Positions 23,182-35,645 are shown, counted from the first letter of the whole stretch. The stretch is 63,484 nucleotides of DNA, filler included, from Licmophora abbreviata (GCA_900291995.1; 9 parts of 9 records of this genome joined end to end with filler, not necessarily neighbours in it); one strand, 5' to 3'. A program made the numbers and translations. Notes: a model not told the origin generated them from the sequence alone.

Positions 23182-25545
23182 TCATATGATTTCATTTCCC
23201 CACACGTCGTCGACACTTCCTAGCAAGGAAGAGGACGCACCTGCAGGGCTGCCCCTTTTGACCTTTTGGCGTGGACCATCCAGACCGTCGCCCAGCCCTC
23301 GGGTGGAACGATCTTGCCAGGTACTATTGTAAGCATCTACCAGTCCGTCGTAATTCCCTGTTGCTGACGGTGATGATGATGCTGTCAGTCCCTCCAGTTC
23401 ATCATAGTTTCCTTCTTCGCCATGGTCCAGGCCGCCAATAACAAATGGATCGGGTGGGCTGGTACTACCGCTTCCACCCAAGCTGGGCGTTTCGTAGTCG
23501 TCCATGAACAGTGTATCTTGTACAACCGTGTTGGACATGCGATCGACTGTCACGTCACCTGGGAACGCCCGACGACTGTCCAACGGATAATTCATATAAG
23601 TGCCGTGCCACCCGCCAGTCGCGCTGTGTTTCAAGTCCACTTCCACGTCGTCGAAGCCTTTCAGATATTCCACAATGTGATCGCTGTCGGCGGGATAGTA
23701 GAGTTTCTTGTTGTTCCTGGCGCGGCGGTGTGCTGCAAAAATGGCAACGGCAATGGCGCCAAAGAGCAAAACGACGGCAGCTGCCAAACCACCTTTTTTG
23801 CCACCACCGGAAGGATTGCTGTTTTCGCTGTTGTCGAGCGGTGGCGGGGGAACAACGTCGTCGATGGTTGTCGGAGCTCCGACGGGAGGGTTGATGTCGT
23901 CGCCTGGGCCTCCATCAGAATTTCCTGACGAAGCTGTCGGTGGTGAAGTCGGGGGCGTCCCTTCGCCCTGCTGCTCTACAGGAATCGTGTAGTCACCATT
24001 CTCCAACGACACGGAGAAGAGGAACACGTCCATCTTGCTGGACATGCCTTCGTCTGAAGTTTTGGCTCGCATCAAACTTCCTCCTGTACTTCCGTACACG
24101 AGCGCATTGCCCTCGGCGTCGGTCGCAACGGAAGTGACGATATCATCTGAGCTCGTCCCAATCTGTCGCCCGTAGATGATTTCACCATCCTCGGGGCTGG
24201 CGGAAATCAACACAACATCAGTCCCTCCGAACGACTTGTGTCCCTGTCGGTTCAGTACTGCACCCTTGAGTGCTCGAGCTGCCACGTACAAGCCTTCGCC
24301 ATCGGGCGTGACGGCGCACGCTACTCCCACCAGCGCTGCATCACTTCCTTCTGAAAGCGGTCCGGCGATCGCATCGATGTCTTTCGTCCACAGCACTTGA
24401 AACGTATCCAATGAAATCTTGGCCCAGAAAGCCCTTTGTTGACCTTCTTCACCGGCTGTGTCAAAGCTTCCAGTCGTCGCGCCAACTACGAACATTTCAG
24501 TATCTTCTCCCTCGTCTCTGCATACTCCCAGGATCCGATCGTCCTGTCCTGCTTGAGATTGGATGCGTAGTTTTCGTCCTGTGAGTGTCCCCAGAGAGGC
24601 ATCAATTTCCACCAGAAACCCATCTTCGTCCACTCGACCACTGTCTGGATCGGGAAAGACAATCGAATTGCCCGCCGTCGTTCCGGCCAAGTACAGTCGT
24701 GAGCCGGCATGAATCAAACCACCGACATGTACGGACATTTCATTCCCATTGCCAATCGGCAAGTCCCAGTCACGCGCAAGTGTCTCTTGCAGCGAGTCAC
24801 TGTCCGGTGAAGCAGATCCAAATGTCAGTCGTTCAAGATACACCCGAAAATTGCTTCCGTATGGATAGGAGAGTGGTTCTGGGTGATTGGGGTTGAAATT
24901 GGGGTTCTCCGTCTTGTCGTCTGATAGCAATGTAGCCACATAGATGCCCGTTTCACTAGCATCCGTCACTACTGAGACGGGATAGTGAATATTACCCAGA
25001 CGCATCAAGCGGCCACCTTGTAAAGTGAACGACTGAATGGGATCACTGTTTGGCAAGTCGACGTCCAGTATCGTTCCAAACAAGAGTGGTCGTACTTCTC
25101 CACCAGGAGGTTTCAAGGGGGACAACAGCCCACCATTCGGGGAGTGGCTGTTGCCGCCCAAGAAAAGCTTTTCGTTTGTGCGAACCATGCCAAAACAGGA
25201 TTCACTGCTGTTGGACGTTCCATAGGAAGCGTGCTGTGTAAATTGCAGTGCATCGGCAGGCGACTCGTCCAAGGGGAGATCTAGGGAAGCCACAAAACAG
25301 CGAAACGTGTCTTCTTGGGGGGAGTTGTCGGGTGAGTCCTCAAAGAAACTTCCAGACGTACTTCCGGAGAGATAAATTTTGTTTTGAAGCAAGTCGTAGG
25401 CAATGCCGCTGGCCCAAGAGATGGCGCTGCCGCCAAAGGCAGATGCACTGGGCTCCGGACCAGACTGAATTCCAAAGTGACTCAAAACTGAGCCAATTTG
25501 AAATGAAATCAAATTCAAAATCACTAAACTCCAATGCATGGTCAT
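23182..25545 (-). CDS. Type I membrane protein with beta-propeller-like ectodomain (SBBP-like repeats)
   Basis: Signal peptide; repeated 'IYLSGSTSG / LYLAGTTAG / MFVVGATTG / ALVYGSTGG' blades; Pro-rich stalk; TM helix LAAAVVLLFGAIAVAIFAA followed by a basic cluster; ~180-aa cytosolic tail. Confidence 0.8.
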   Translation of the reverse strand: MTMHWSLVILNLISFQIGSVLSHFGIQSGPEPSASAFGGSAISWASGIAYDLLQNKIYLSGSTSGSFFEDSPDNSPQEDTFRCFVASLDLPLDESPADALQFTQHASYGTSNSSESCFGMVRTNEKLFLGGNSHSPNGGLLSPLKPPGGEVRPLLFGTILDVDLPNSDPIQSFTLQGGRLMRLGNIHYPVSVVTDASETGIYVATLLSDDKTENPNFNPNHPEPLSYPYGSNFRVYLERLTFGSASPDSDSLQETLARDWDLPIGNGNEMSVHVGGLIHAGSRLYLAGTTAGNSIVFPDPDSGRVDEDGFLVEIDASLGTLTGRKLRIQSQAGQDDRILGVCRDEGEDTEMFVVGATTGSFDTAGEEGQQRAFWAKISLDTFQVLWTKDIDAIAGPLSEGSDAALVGVACAVTPDGEGLYVAARALKGAVLNRQGHKSFGGTDVVLISASPEDGEIIYGRQIGTSSDDIVTSVATDAEGNALVYGSTGGSLMRAKTSDEGMSSKMDVFLFSVSLENGDYTIPVEQQGEGTPPTSPPTASSGNSDGGPGDDINPPVGAPTTIDDVVPPPPLDNSENSNPSGGGKKGGLAAAVVLLFGAIAVAIFAAHRRARNNKKLYYPADSDHIVEYLKGFDDVEVDLKHSATGGWHGTYMNYPLDSRRAFPGDVTVDRMSNTVVQDTLFMDDYETPSLGGSGSTSPPDPFVIGGLDHGEEGNYDELEGLTASSSPSATGNYDGLVDAYNSTWQDRSTRGLGDGLDGPRQKVKRGSPAGASSSLLGSVDDVWGNEII

Positions 25546-26522
25546 AGATAGATGAAGTCAAGCAAGGGAGAGTGACACACGGGCCGATGAGTCTGATGAA
25601 AGCGGCGTGTGCTTTTGTTCACTGCAATGCCATGATGTTGTGCCGCGTCTCAAATTTTTGGAGGGTCTCCCCGGTTGCAAACGAGTCATTCTGAAGAGGT
25701 TTGTACTGAAGACAACGTACACTCTACGTGCATAAGTTCCTAAATGACTGTATATGAATGTATTCATGCATTCACCTTATCTTAATGCTACAAAATGTCC
25801 TTCCAGTCTTTTTGCCTCAGCAGGAACCCGGACATGTGCCATCACAGCGTCGTCATCGTTTCAAACGAGATTGAAGATGCTCGCACGCGCTTTTTCTGTG
25901 TGCTTGCGTTCAAACAAAAAAGAATTCAACAGCGAGGAAAGAACCTGAACACATCACAGCCCGTGTCTCATCGATTGAGGCTTGTTCAGTGGTCTTTTGC
26001 TTATATTTGCCTCGTTTCTTTCAAAGGTGAGACGAGGGAAGAAAGAAAAGAGAGAAAATGATTCATTTCAAAGCGCCTTATGGAGCAGCCGTTTCTTGAA
26101 ATCGGTCGATCGGGCACACGGGAGTCTGGAGATCGGAGACATCGTAGAGGCATTTCTGGCCCATTTTCGCTGCCTTTTTTGTCCTCTGTGTTTCCTTTGA
26201 TGCATTAGAGGCGCTGAGTGTACCGCTCGTCTTTCCATAGCTTCCGAAACGACCCAAGGAGACTTCAGTTGTCCCTCGCATGGTCGTCACCTGGCACCGC
26301 CTGACTGACTCGCTTGCTGCGATATTTTACTTATCGGAAAAGACATGATTTGTGTCGCATGATGACGTGTCAACAGAAAGGCCTTTTCGTTCGTTTTGAA
26401 ACAGTCGACGCCGATGACTATCGATTTCCATTCATCGTCGCTTCGCTTCGTCTCACTCGTCTTTGGTGCGGCTCTCATCGTCTCAATATCCTCCTGTACA
26501 GCTCAGTATCTTAAGCAGCATA

Positions 26523-27833
26523 ATGCAGCGAGGAACGCGGTCACAGCCATCCGCGCCCTTGGTGGCTCAGCTGTCGCCGCCGCCGGCTCACGCTGCAGCA
26601 GCGGGTGCCGCGGTGTTTGACGCCCGAAACACGAGCATTCGTGATTATTTTCAATCCACGGAAGCCTCCTACGCCAGTTCGCCTGCTGACCCTCGTCGGG
26701 CCGCTGGTGCTCGGTCGTCTCGGATAGTGGCTGCCGAAGCTCCCGTCACCAAGTCTTCACCCGCTTCTGTTGCAGCACAAGACAATGACGCACCTGCTGT
26801 CTCCTTGTCGTTTGACTCGGAACCAGCCATGCCGCGTCGTAGTCGCCGTCGGGGGGCACAGGAAGCTGTAGGTGCGACGGTGCCCTCGCCTACCGCAAGA
26901 CGCAAACGCAAGTCGCCGCCCTGTCCCGGAGACGCCAAGCCTGCAGCGCGGTTGAAGACGGATCCCACTTCTTCGCCGCAGGATACTACCTGCTGTATCT
27001 GCATGACGGAAACGAAGGCCCAAGACGTGGCCAAGATTGATGGATGTAAGCATCTGTTTTGTTTTGAATGCATTGCAAAATGGGCGGATCATGAGAACAA
27101 GTGCCCTCTTTGCAAGGAACGATTTCACAAGATTGAGCGGCTCGTCAAGCCCAAGCGTGGAAAGGGCAAGAGTCCTACCAAGAGTAGCAAGAAGGTCAAG
27201 AACAGAGATCAGCAGTCGGAAACGCAAATCGCTCTTGGAAGCTTGTTTGGTGAGTTCAAGTCGAGTCGTACTTTCGTCTGGATTTTTGTATTTGAAGACG
27301 GCACTCATTGGACCTCCTTGTCATGTTTTGTCCATCGCGCAGAAGACTTGCTCAGTGCCCGAGCTGGCTTCCCCCAACACCATTTTGCCAGACTCCTCTT
27401 CTCCAGCATTGGAGCGGGGTCATCCGGGTTTTCGATTTCCGCCATGCCTACCTCCGTCCGCCGCAATGAGTTGTCGGACCCAAGTCGACAAGCTCGCCCC
27501 ATAAGAACTGCGTCGGCGACAATTCGCTCCAGCCGACAGGCTGTGCCCTCCGGCCCCATTGACCTTTCGCCTCTCATGTCCTCATCGGACGAAGTGGATG
27601 AAGATTACGAAGACGAGGGATTTGGAAGTTTTGTCACCCAGCTTCGACACGGCGGTGTTGGTCATTCGCGAGTGTTTGAGTACTTTACGACGGTCACGAC
27701 GACGCCAGTGCCTCCGGCGCGGTCGTATGCCAACAACTCAAGTGATCGGAGCGCCGGTCGGTCGGCGAATAATGCCTTGTTTATTGACGACAGCGACTCG
27801 GATGAAGTGGAAGTGCTGGAAATGGCAGATTGA
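26523..27833 (+). CDS. RING-finger (C3HC4) protein, probable E3 ligase
   Basis: CCIC...CKHLFCFECI..W...NKCPLCK. Probable intron from 27250 to ~27342. C-terminal SIM-like segments (ALFIDDSDSDEVEVL). Confidence 0.85.
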   Translation: MQRGTRSQPSAPLVAQLSPPPAHAAAAGAAVFDARNTSIRDYFQSTEASYASSPADPRRAAGARSSRIVAAEAPVTKSSPASVAAQDNDAPAVSLSFDSEPAMPRRSRRRGAQEAVGATVPSPTARRKRKSPPCPGDAKPAARLKTDPTSSPQDTTCCICMTETKAQDVAKIDGCKHLFCFECIAKWADHENKCPLCKERFHKIERLVKPKRGKGKSPTKSSKKVKNRDQQSETQIALGSLFGEFKSSRTFVWIFVFEDGTHWTSLSCFVHRAEDLLSARAGFPQHHFARLLFSSIGAGSSGFSISAMPTSVRRNELSDPSRQARPIRTASATIRSSRQAVPSGPIDLSPLMSSSDEVDEDYEDEGFGSFVTQLRHGGVGHSRVFEYFTTVTTTPVPPARSYANNSSDRSAGRSANNALFIDDSDSDEVEVLEMAD

Positions 27834-28054
27834 GAGGTATGGATATTAAGATGAGACTAACTCGTGTGGCTGTGGGAAGTCAGTGTAAAATCATAGAGAA
27901 TCTACTTCGAGTCTTCAATAATTGCAGTGCAGTAGTTGCTGATCAAAGGGTTACGTGATGCTAGTAGAATCATTAGTGGGACCCAAGTCAAACGCATGCA
28001 TACCAGGGTACGCAGTTTTCAATTTCATCCACTGCGACATCCCTGGCTCTACTC

Positions 28055-30023
28055 CTATCCCAGCATGGCCATGAACTCCTGTTCCGTCTTGCTCCACTCC
28101 TCGGCGAATACGCCATCCGCACCTTGCTGAGACATGACTTGTCCACGACGCAATAGAGCATGCACACACTCCATTCGAGCTGTCGACGACAGTGCCGGAG
28201 CTGCCCCGGCCTCTTGGACCTTTCGAACACACTCCATCAGACACGACCCCTGCATACTTGGCAGACTTGTCACAACCGAGGCCAAGGCACGAAACACACG
28301 CATATCGCTCGGCGACTGGGGTTGCTGCTTTGGATTGGACAGCATGACTTGTAGCGCTGCGGGCATCAATGTCTGAACGGCATTCGGAGGCAGCAAGGCC
28401 TGTTCCAACATGCGTGACAACAAGGTTTGACCCTTGGGTAACTTGAGCAAATATCCCAACGCATCTTGACTGACCACTTCGTAGGTACCTGGTGGTGATG
28501 CCATCTTCTTTATTCCCAAGCACTTGAGCAACTTTAACAGATGCGGTTGGACTTGAGGCGGGACGGTTCCAGGGGGCGCCGCCTGCCAGCACTCCACAAC
28601 ACTGTGGTAGGCTTGGTAGCACTGATCGACGTAGAGTCGTGCCTTCCACAGGGCCGCACGTTCCTTGGACGATTCGTCCTGCTCTTCCTTCCTTTTGAGC
28701 GTCGGCGTTGCGAGTAGGGCACGTGGACGAGTGACATCAGCCTTGGCAACATGTCCCAGAGTACCATGTTTTTCTTGCCATTCTTTTGTCTTGACTTGAC
28801 GAGACGTCATTTCCTTCTGCATGGCGTACCCTTTTTTCTTTCTATCTTTACTCAGCCGCTGGCCCTGTCGTTTCTGTAGCAACATCATGTCGTAATCATG
28901 CCGAGATGAACCGGCCATCAAGACAGGTTTGAGCATGGAATGCAAGACATAAGTAATGTCGCGTGACTTCATCAATGACGACTCGAGCGCCGCAGCTGGA
29001 ATAGGTGGAGCGGAAGGGTGTGACTGACAGTACACCGGAGACACAGGAGGTGGAATCGACATGGACGCAGGTGGAACGAGCTGTGAAGGCGGTGGTCCCT
29101 GCCAGGCTGGCATGGACACCGCCTGCTGCCATGCCGCAGTGGGAGGTGGAGCCGAAGGTTGAGGAGCTGTTGTCTCCGGTCCCTTGGGGGGCTCGACGGG
29201 AGGCGCCGTTGCCACTGGAGAGGGAGATGTTTCGTCCTCATCATCCAGTACTCCCGAGTTCTGCGGGGTCGCAGGCACACTCCGCTTGGGCGCGATTTGC
29301 GCCGTCTCGTCCGGCAGGACAGGCAAGGCTGCTTCCCGAGCAAGCGGGGCAGCAACAGACTTCTTCGGAGACGGGGAAGGCATGCCCGGGGGGCGTGCCG
29401 GTGCACTCCATCCCGGTGGCGGCGAAGCCAGCTGTGGTGCCTCGGCTACATTGTAGTCTTCGGCGGCCGCCAAGATGGATGGGTCAGGAACAACGGACGG
29501 CGCCGCTCCCTTGCGAGCCGAGTCGGCCGCCAAAAAGTCTTGCTCTAGCGAGAGAGCCGTGAACTTTTCCAACGATTGACTCCAGGCATCCGCCGCGGAT
29601 GCGGTCGGAGTAGTGAACGGAGCCGCTGGCTGCTGCCAGTGAGCTTGTTCTTGCTGCGATGATACGACCAGCGATGCCGCCGACAAAAGTCCCGGAGCAG
29701 CCGCGCTGCGGTCCATCATTGAAAGACCGCCTGATGGCTGCTCGTCGTCCAAGTGAGCCGACAGTTCTTTCTCAAGCTGATCCAAAGACCATCCCATATC
29801 ATCGTCATTGCTGTCTTCTCCAATCTGGAGATCCGCCCACAGGTCCTTCATGAGGGATCCTCCAAGACTGCAAGGAATTAGCATCGGAAGGGCAACAAAT
29901 AGTCGTGAGACTTCGCCATACAAGAATTGAATCAAGGCCGTCTTCACTGAGATAAAGGAGAAGACCCTTGCTTTGATACTCCTACCTTGCAAAAAGCTCA
30001 TCCGTGCTTGGGTCTGACGCCAT
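28055..30023 (-). CDS. PAT1: PAT1-like mRNA decapping activator
   Basis: Exon 1 MASDPSTDELFA, intron 29868..29985, Pro-rich region, then LMKSRDITYVL and LGHVAKADVTRPRALL resembling the Pat1 middle domain, and a helical C-terminal domain. Confidence 0.7.
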
Positions 30024-30593
30024 GTTGACAGCTTTTGTAAACCAGTTGCGGGTACCGTGTTTCAACGACTCCAGACTCGACTCGACTCGACACTCAAACC
30101 TCGCGTTGCTCTCTTCCTTTCTTCTTTTTATATGTACTCTAGTCCGATGAGCCACAGTTCAGCACAACGAAAGACAATGACGGTGGTCGCTGCTGCTGTT
30201 ATATGATATAACCGGTACTGCTTGCTATCCGCCGCGATGTTCAATGTGTTGTCGGCAAGATCTCATGGTCGTCATCAGCGCGGTACACAGACAAGCGCAG
30301 CCTTCTCCGGACGTCCGTGCGTCGTGCGAACGAGGCGTTGAACTTCTACGAGTATGATACGAGAGAGGAGCATTCGTAGTTTTCCAGGTAGTCTAGCTAA
30401 ACTTGTAGAGAACACATCCCAATAGCAACGGCACTTGGTCTCTCCATCTCCATGTGTCCCCTCGCTCATAGAGAATGGCTCACTCAAGTCCTATCTATGA
30501 ATTATAAAACACGCGTGCCAACCGCATCGTTCTCCTACGCTCACAAACACCAAAATCATCCTGCATGCACTCTCTCTCAAATAATAGACAAGT

Positions 30594-31184
30594 TCATTCT
30601 TTCTTTTCTTCTTGTTCTTTCATTATCTGCTTCGCTTGCTGATACATGGGTGCCAGAGTCCAATCGACATTGCTGGAGCCGGCATATCCGATAAATATGA
30701 GGAGTGTGGCAAACTGGGCTCCGACACGGGCCCGCATCATCTTTTGGCTTCGGACGGCATCGCGCTGATAGAACGACCGCATGCCGCTGGTCAAGTAGTA
30801 GGCCGTCACTAAACAACCAATGGGAATGAGAGGTTCCGTTGTGAACTGGACAGTGTGGCATATAGATATACACATATATGAACGAGATGGTATGGGTGGA
30901 CAGACAGTGCATGGATGCATGGTGAGCGGTACTAGTACAGAACTGGGAACGAATAAGTAGCCTATACAGCGCCACACAGCACAGTCCGTTCTCGTTCTTC
31001 CTCAGAGAGTCAATGAACACACCTTGCGGTATAGCTTTTCATCAAAGGTTTCGAGACGCCGCATCGTGGGCGGGCCTTTGTCTGTAGCGTCCATCTGTCT
31101 GGACATGGAGGCGGATGGCGGTACCGATGTCCCCTCCGTCAGACTAGGTTTCACTTCTGCTTGATGACTCTGCGATGCTCCCAT
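30594..31184 (-). CDS. HIG1 domain protein (Rcf1/HIGD-like)
   Basis: ETFDEKLYRK, intron, then FTTEPLIPIGCLVT...SQKMMRARVGAQFAT. Confidence 0.9.
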
Positions 31185-31486
31185 GGTAGTGACTCTACTT
31201 TTGTGAGCAGTAAGACTGGCAGTGAAAGTTGGGATCACAGAAGCAACAGAATCAACACACTGTGCTGTCTCAGCCCAGTTTATTTTTTTAGTTTCTTCAT
31301 CGTCTTGTGTGTCAACGGTGTCGTGTCGTCACTGTGACTCAGGGTTCGCACACTGCGAGCTTCGAAATTGAAAGTAATTCTCGGCACGACCGAGACGACA
31401 CTGCACAAAGCTCAAAGCTCGAGACAGACGCACATTCATCATTGTGAATCACATCGCTTGATTACAGCGGCAACGGCTCTACTACC

Positions 31487-32470
31487 ATGCCCGTTACAAC
31501 CAGGAGCGCCTCGAAAAAGGCAAGGGAATCTTTCGTGAGACACGCTCCTCCTCCCTGGCATTCGGTCGCTGTGTTTGGACTCATGATGGCCATCTTTACG
31601 AAATTGCTTCCAACTTTGGACTCTCTGGACCACATTGCGACCACCGAGACCTTTACGAAGCGCTTGTTTCCCGATTTGATCTCTCTGCGCACGCTAGTCT
31701 ACATCCGAGCTCTTTTCTTTGTGGGCATGCTGGTACTTCAGCTGCATACAGTCTTCATCGGCGTTGGCTGGGTTCAAATCACCACCTACATGGAAACCAG
31801 CAAGCTCAAGCGTCACGTGTCTCTCACCATGACGGGCATCCGAACCATGATGCCCTTTACATCGTGGGCTTGGAATCTACTCATGACTAGCTTTGGAGTC
31901 TCCGCCTGGATCAGCTGGAAGGCACTCCAACCAGAAGGCGCCCTTGTTCCGCAATATGTACTTCGCGCCGGTGTCTTACTCTTTGAAATGAGTGCTCCCA
32001 CCGCCTTGCTCGTAGCCTTCGTGGTGCGGTACGGAATTTGGCCGCAAGTTTTAAAGAGCGGCAAGGGAGATAATCCCACGGAGGCTCTCAAACAATCTCG
32101 TACCTTGGCGTGGCATAACTTGAACGTGGTCATGGCCCTGTGTGAACTCGCACTACTGGGAGGTCTGCCTGTTCGGTACATGGATTTAAGCATGTCTGCG
32201 TTCTTTGGCATGGCCTATATTTTGTTCACGTGGGCAACCATGCACTATTGGAGTCCGTTGGAAGGTCCTCACTTCTTGTACTTTTTCTTCGATACGACCT
32301 TGGGAAAGACTACGACAATTGCGTTGTTGGTCCTGCTGCTTGTGTTGCTGGTGTTTTACGGTCTGTTTTGTGTGTTGCATCAAATTTTGGATCATCTGGG
32401 TGGTGGGCCGGTGGTACATGGACTAGCAGTAGTACTCATTTCGAGTGCGGTGTGCCGATTTCGAGACTAG
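31487..32470 (+). CDS. Multi-pass membrane protein, FAR-17a/AIG1- or rolling-stone-like; paralog 1
   Basis: Multiple hydrophobic segments; PFTSWAW, WHNLN, FLYFFFD; strong similarity to 50096..51091. Confidence 0.7.
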   Translation: MPVTTRSASKKARESFVRHAPPPWHSVAVFGLMMAIFTKLLPTLDSLDHIATTETFTKRLFPDLISLRTLVYIRALFFVGMLVLQLHTVFIGVGWVQITTYMETSKLKRHVSLTMTGIRTMMPFTSWAWNLLMTSFGVSAWISWKALQPEGALVPQYVLRAGVLLFEMSAPTALLVAFVVRYGIWPQVLKSGKGDNPTEALKQSRTLAWHNLNVVMALCELALLGGLPVRYMDLSMSAFFGMAYILFTWATMHYWSPLEGPHFLYFFFDTTLGKTTTIALLVLLLVLLVFYGLFCVLHQILDHLGGGPVVHGLAVVLISSAVCRFRD

Positions 32471-32499
32471 CTACACAGGTGGAGTTAACAAATAGTATT

Positions 32500-33702
32500 T
32501 CACTTCCACACGATCTGATTTCGCTTTAATTGATCGCGATTCAGATTCGTGTAGTGACAGGCAATGCTTCTGTAGTGACGTTGGAGGTACTGGTTCCCTT
32601 TGACCATGGCTCGGTCTCGTTTCTTTTTCTTCTCGGGCGATGCCATGGTTCCATGCCCTCCCACGCCGTGCGTGTAGTTCGAGTAAAACAATCCCACCTG
32701 CCAGCCATTCGCCCATGCGCGAGCACTGTATTCCATATCGAACATAACGCCAGGGTCCCCCGGTTGGGTGTAGAGCTCACTCAGAGGACCAATGTCATGG
32801 TAGCACTCTTTCCTCACCACCATCGGAGAAGAGGCGATTCCCATGACGAACTGAAAGGGAGCTCCACTGCATGTATGACGAACCTTGGTCTTGCTGCCTT
32901 CATTGTAAGATGGCTCTTCCACATACAGTTCCTTCAAATACTCTTGTCCCCTTAGTACACTACGACCGTTGTAGTGATACCACCCAATGTAGCCACCCAA
33001 TACGCAGAGTCTCGGAAACTGCTCGAAGAGTTGAATGGCACGCAGTGCCCATGGATCATTTACGTCATTGAGCACGTCGTCGTCCTGCATCAGAGCATAG
33101 TATTGAATCTCAGGATGGTCACGACTCAGCTGTTCCATCCCGAAATTGTAGTTTCGAATCTCGTGATTGTCAGGAGAAGAATACAAACTTCCGGCAATGG
33201 AGTTCTGGTAGTGTCGGAATGCGTCCAGAAAGGTCTGTTGACTTCCATCGGTGGATGCATCATCGTAAACAAGAACCTGCTGTATAGCTGGTGCCTGTGT
33301 GGCTAGACTTCCAATAACACTAAACGCAACAGACTGATGGTTGTAGCTCTGGACAATTGCTCCCATGCTCCCTTCATGACCAATCGCGTCCAAAAGGGGT
33401 GGCTTGGAACATGCCTTTGCAATTGTGTCCTTGTGGACATAGGCCCTGCTATTTGTACTGTTGGACAATACGATTTCACAAGTGAAGCTCTTGCTTCCAG
33501 TTGTATAGGTCGCCGTGCTCTTGAGCTGACGATGCGTCCGAGCGTTGGAATCGAAAGGTCGGGTATGCGACGCATCATTCGAAATGAGGCTCCTTTTTGC
33601 CGTCACCGCGAACAAGAAGACCAGACAGATGGCCAGAAAGGCACCCAGTGCTACCCAGGAGCGTTCAAAGGCCATCGTAGAGGGGAAACCCAACGAAAAC
33701 AC
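32500..33702 (-). CDS. GT2-family (GT-A fold) glycosyltransferase, type II membrane; paralog 1
   Basis: N-terminal TM helix, RQL, AIVQSYNH, VYDDASTDGS, ALMQDDD, DMEYSARAW. Confidence 0.85.
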   Translation of the reverse strand: MFSLGFPSTMAFERSWVALGAFLAICLVFLFAVTAKRSLISNDASHTRPFDSNARTHRQLKSTATYTTGSKSFTCEIVLSNSTNSRAYVHKDTIAKACSKPPLLDAIGHEGSMGAIVQSYNHQSVAFSVIGSLATQAPAIQQVLVYDDASTDGSQQTFLDAFRHYQNSIAGSLYSSPDNHEIRNYNFGMEQLSRDHPEIQYYALMQDDDVLNDVNDPWALRAIQLFEQFPRLCVLGGYIGWYHYNGRSVLRGQEYLKELYVEEPSYNEGSKTKVRHTCSGAPFQFVMGIASSPMVVRKECYHDIGPLSELYTQPGDPGVMFDMEYSARAWANGWQVGLFYSNYTHGVGGHGTMASPEKKKKRDRAMVKGNQYLQRHYRSIACHYTNLNRDQLKRNQIVWK

Positions 33703-33781
33703 AAAGGGCAGTAATGACCGCGCCGGATCGACGGGTCTCGTATTTTTTTGTCTTTCAAGTCTCTGGAGATGACTTCCTGCT

Positions 33782-33881
33782 NNNNNNNNNNNNNNNNNNN
33801 NNNNNNNNNNNNNNNNNNNNNNNNNTTAATTAATTAANNNNNNNNNNNNNNNNNNNNNNNNNNNNNNNNNNNNNNNNNNNN
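33782..33881. other. Artificial assembly spacer
   Basis: 44 N + TTAATTAATTAA + 44 N. Confidence 0.98.
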
Positions 33882-34084
33882 AGGGAGTAACTGACATTTC
33901 CATATCAGATGCCATCTGAAAGTTTTCGACATTCGTGCAATCCCAAATTTCAAATTGAAAATGACCTTCTGGTCATCATGTAAAATTTGGCCCTGCCTTT
34001 CGGACACTCAGTTGTTGCACTCTGTATTCTGTCGAAGCCTTTCGGTTTGACGGTACAAGATTGATTTTCAGCCTAAGGACGACC

Positions 34085-35472
34085 ATGCACGTCTTTTTAG
34101 CCTAACATTGTCCCTCCTTGGCCTTTCCGTGAGCTATATTCTCGTTCGACTCACGGATCTTGGGTCTTGGACACCTTCTGCTAGAGGGCGGGTTCTGAGC
34201 AACCCTATGCCCTCCGATACCGGCTCCATTGTAGCTCCATTGCACATATCTCGCCAGCTCGAAACGAACGTGCCTGTGGAAAGCCTACGCTACTTGGTTC
34301 TTGGCACCAGCGACTCGTGGGGAGCGGGAATTCTGCGCGATCGTCTGTCCAAGCGTTACTCGTCGCTTTTGGGGAGCCGTTTCGTCAAGAACCTTGCCGA
34401 GCGCTCAAGTGCGCCCACCTTTCCCTCACTATGCTTGCAAAGCATGGTGCACGATGAAGTCTTCGATGTTGTCATAATTGAGCACATGGAGTTGGCCCAG
34501 CAAGGATTGGATGCATTGGCCAGGCGAGTCCGACAGCGGTTTCCGAATGCCAAAATCGTCTTTTTGGATCTCTGGTGGCCAAATATACTAAATGTGAAAC
34601 TGAGAGATGGATCTACGATATTCTTTACAGACTGGATGAAGAGTGTAGATGTCCGTAACTTACACACGGATGAGTCTCTTCAAACTGTCGAGAAAGAGTT
34701 GAGAAATCCGCACATTCAACTCGTACCGGCACCCTTGTCAGAACAGGCAGAGCTTCAACGCCGTGTCGCACGAGAGGTCGAGGGATACATTTGGACTATG
34801 CCATTTCCGCCGCAACAAAACATCAAAGGAGAGTTTCTAAAAGTCCTCAGACACTACGGAGACGGGCGACACCTTTCCGAGGCAGGTCATGCGTATGTTG
34901 CACATGGCTTGTCGCGTCTCATTCGAACCATTCCCTACCGTGGTCCAACGACAACCCCGAGCGACACAGCGGCGTGGGCCTCAGGTGACACGTGTAGCGA
35001 CTGGCTCATGTCTCCAAATCAGTGTCCGCATCAGCTGGGAGCTGGAGCCCAAATGGCCCCTTTTCCCACAGGCAAGCATGCAATTGAAATATCTCAGCAA
35101 GGTGGAAGCATTGTCATTGAGAATCCGTTTCCAACAAGCGAGGCTACACTCTACTTGACATATATGCTGACAGCTCCAAAGGCGCTCTATCCCAACACGA
35201 ACGTACACATAGGCACTCCGGAGTCTCAAGAAAACGTCGTAGAACTCATCCCAACCAGTGGTAGTACCGCTCCACTTCACATCTCCAAGACGCAGCGAGT
35301 TGGGAGGCTATCTCCTGGCATGAATACGATCTGGTTCCAGCCCCTAGAAGAAGGTAAAAAGCTTCCGTTTCGTTTGATCGGGACCACTATTGTAGAGCAT
35401 GAGGATGCTCTTCCGGCGTCTAGTGCTTCCGGTAGCTTCTTTAGTGGCCATCAAGTAATGGGGTTCAACTAG
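34085..35472 (+). CDS. SGNH/GDSL-like esterase-fold protein with N-terminal anchor
   Basis: Block I YLVLGTSDSWGAG, DVVIIE, C-terminal DGRHLSEAGHAYVA (DxxH), RQL motif. The ATG at 34085 is one base out of frame with the ORF. Confidence 0.7.
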
Positions 35473-35645
35473 TCGGCGATCTGAAGTATTCAGTATTCTT
35501 AGCACTCCTCTGTTCCACTAGCTACGAGCTCCACAAGCCCAGTTGAGACACGACGTGGGCTAGTATGCCACGACCGGTCGTTTAGAATCTATCATGATAA
35601 GTTATGAGTATTGTCAATCCTAAGTAATATCCCGAGTTGGTAGCA

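Noticed and set aside
25754..26480. Short ORFs between the propeller and RING genes
   Set aside because: No recognisable motifs or consistent splice model; probably promoter or UTR DNA.
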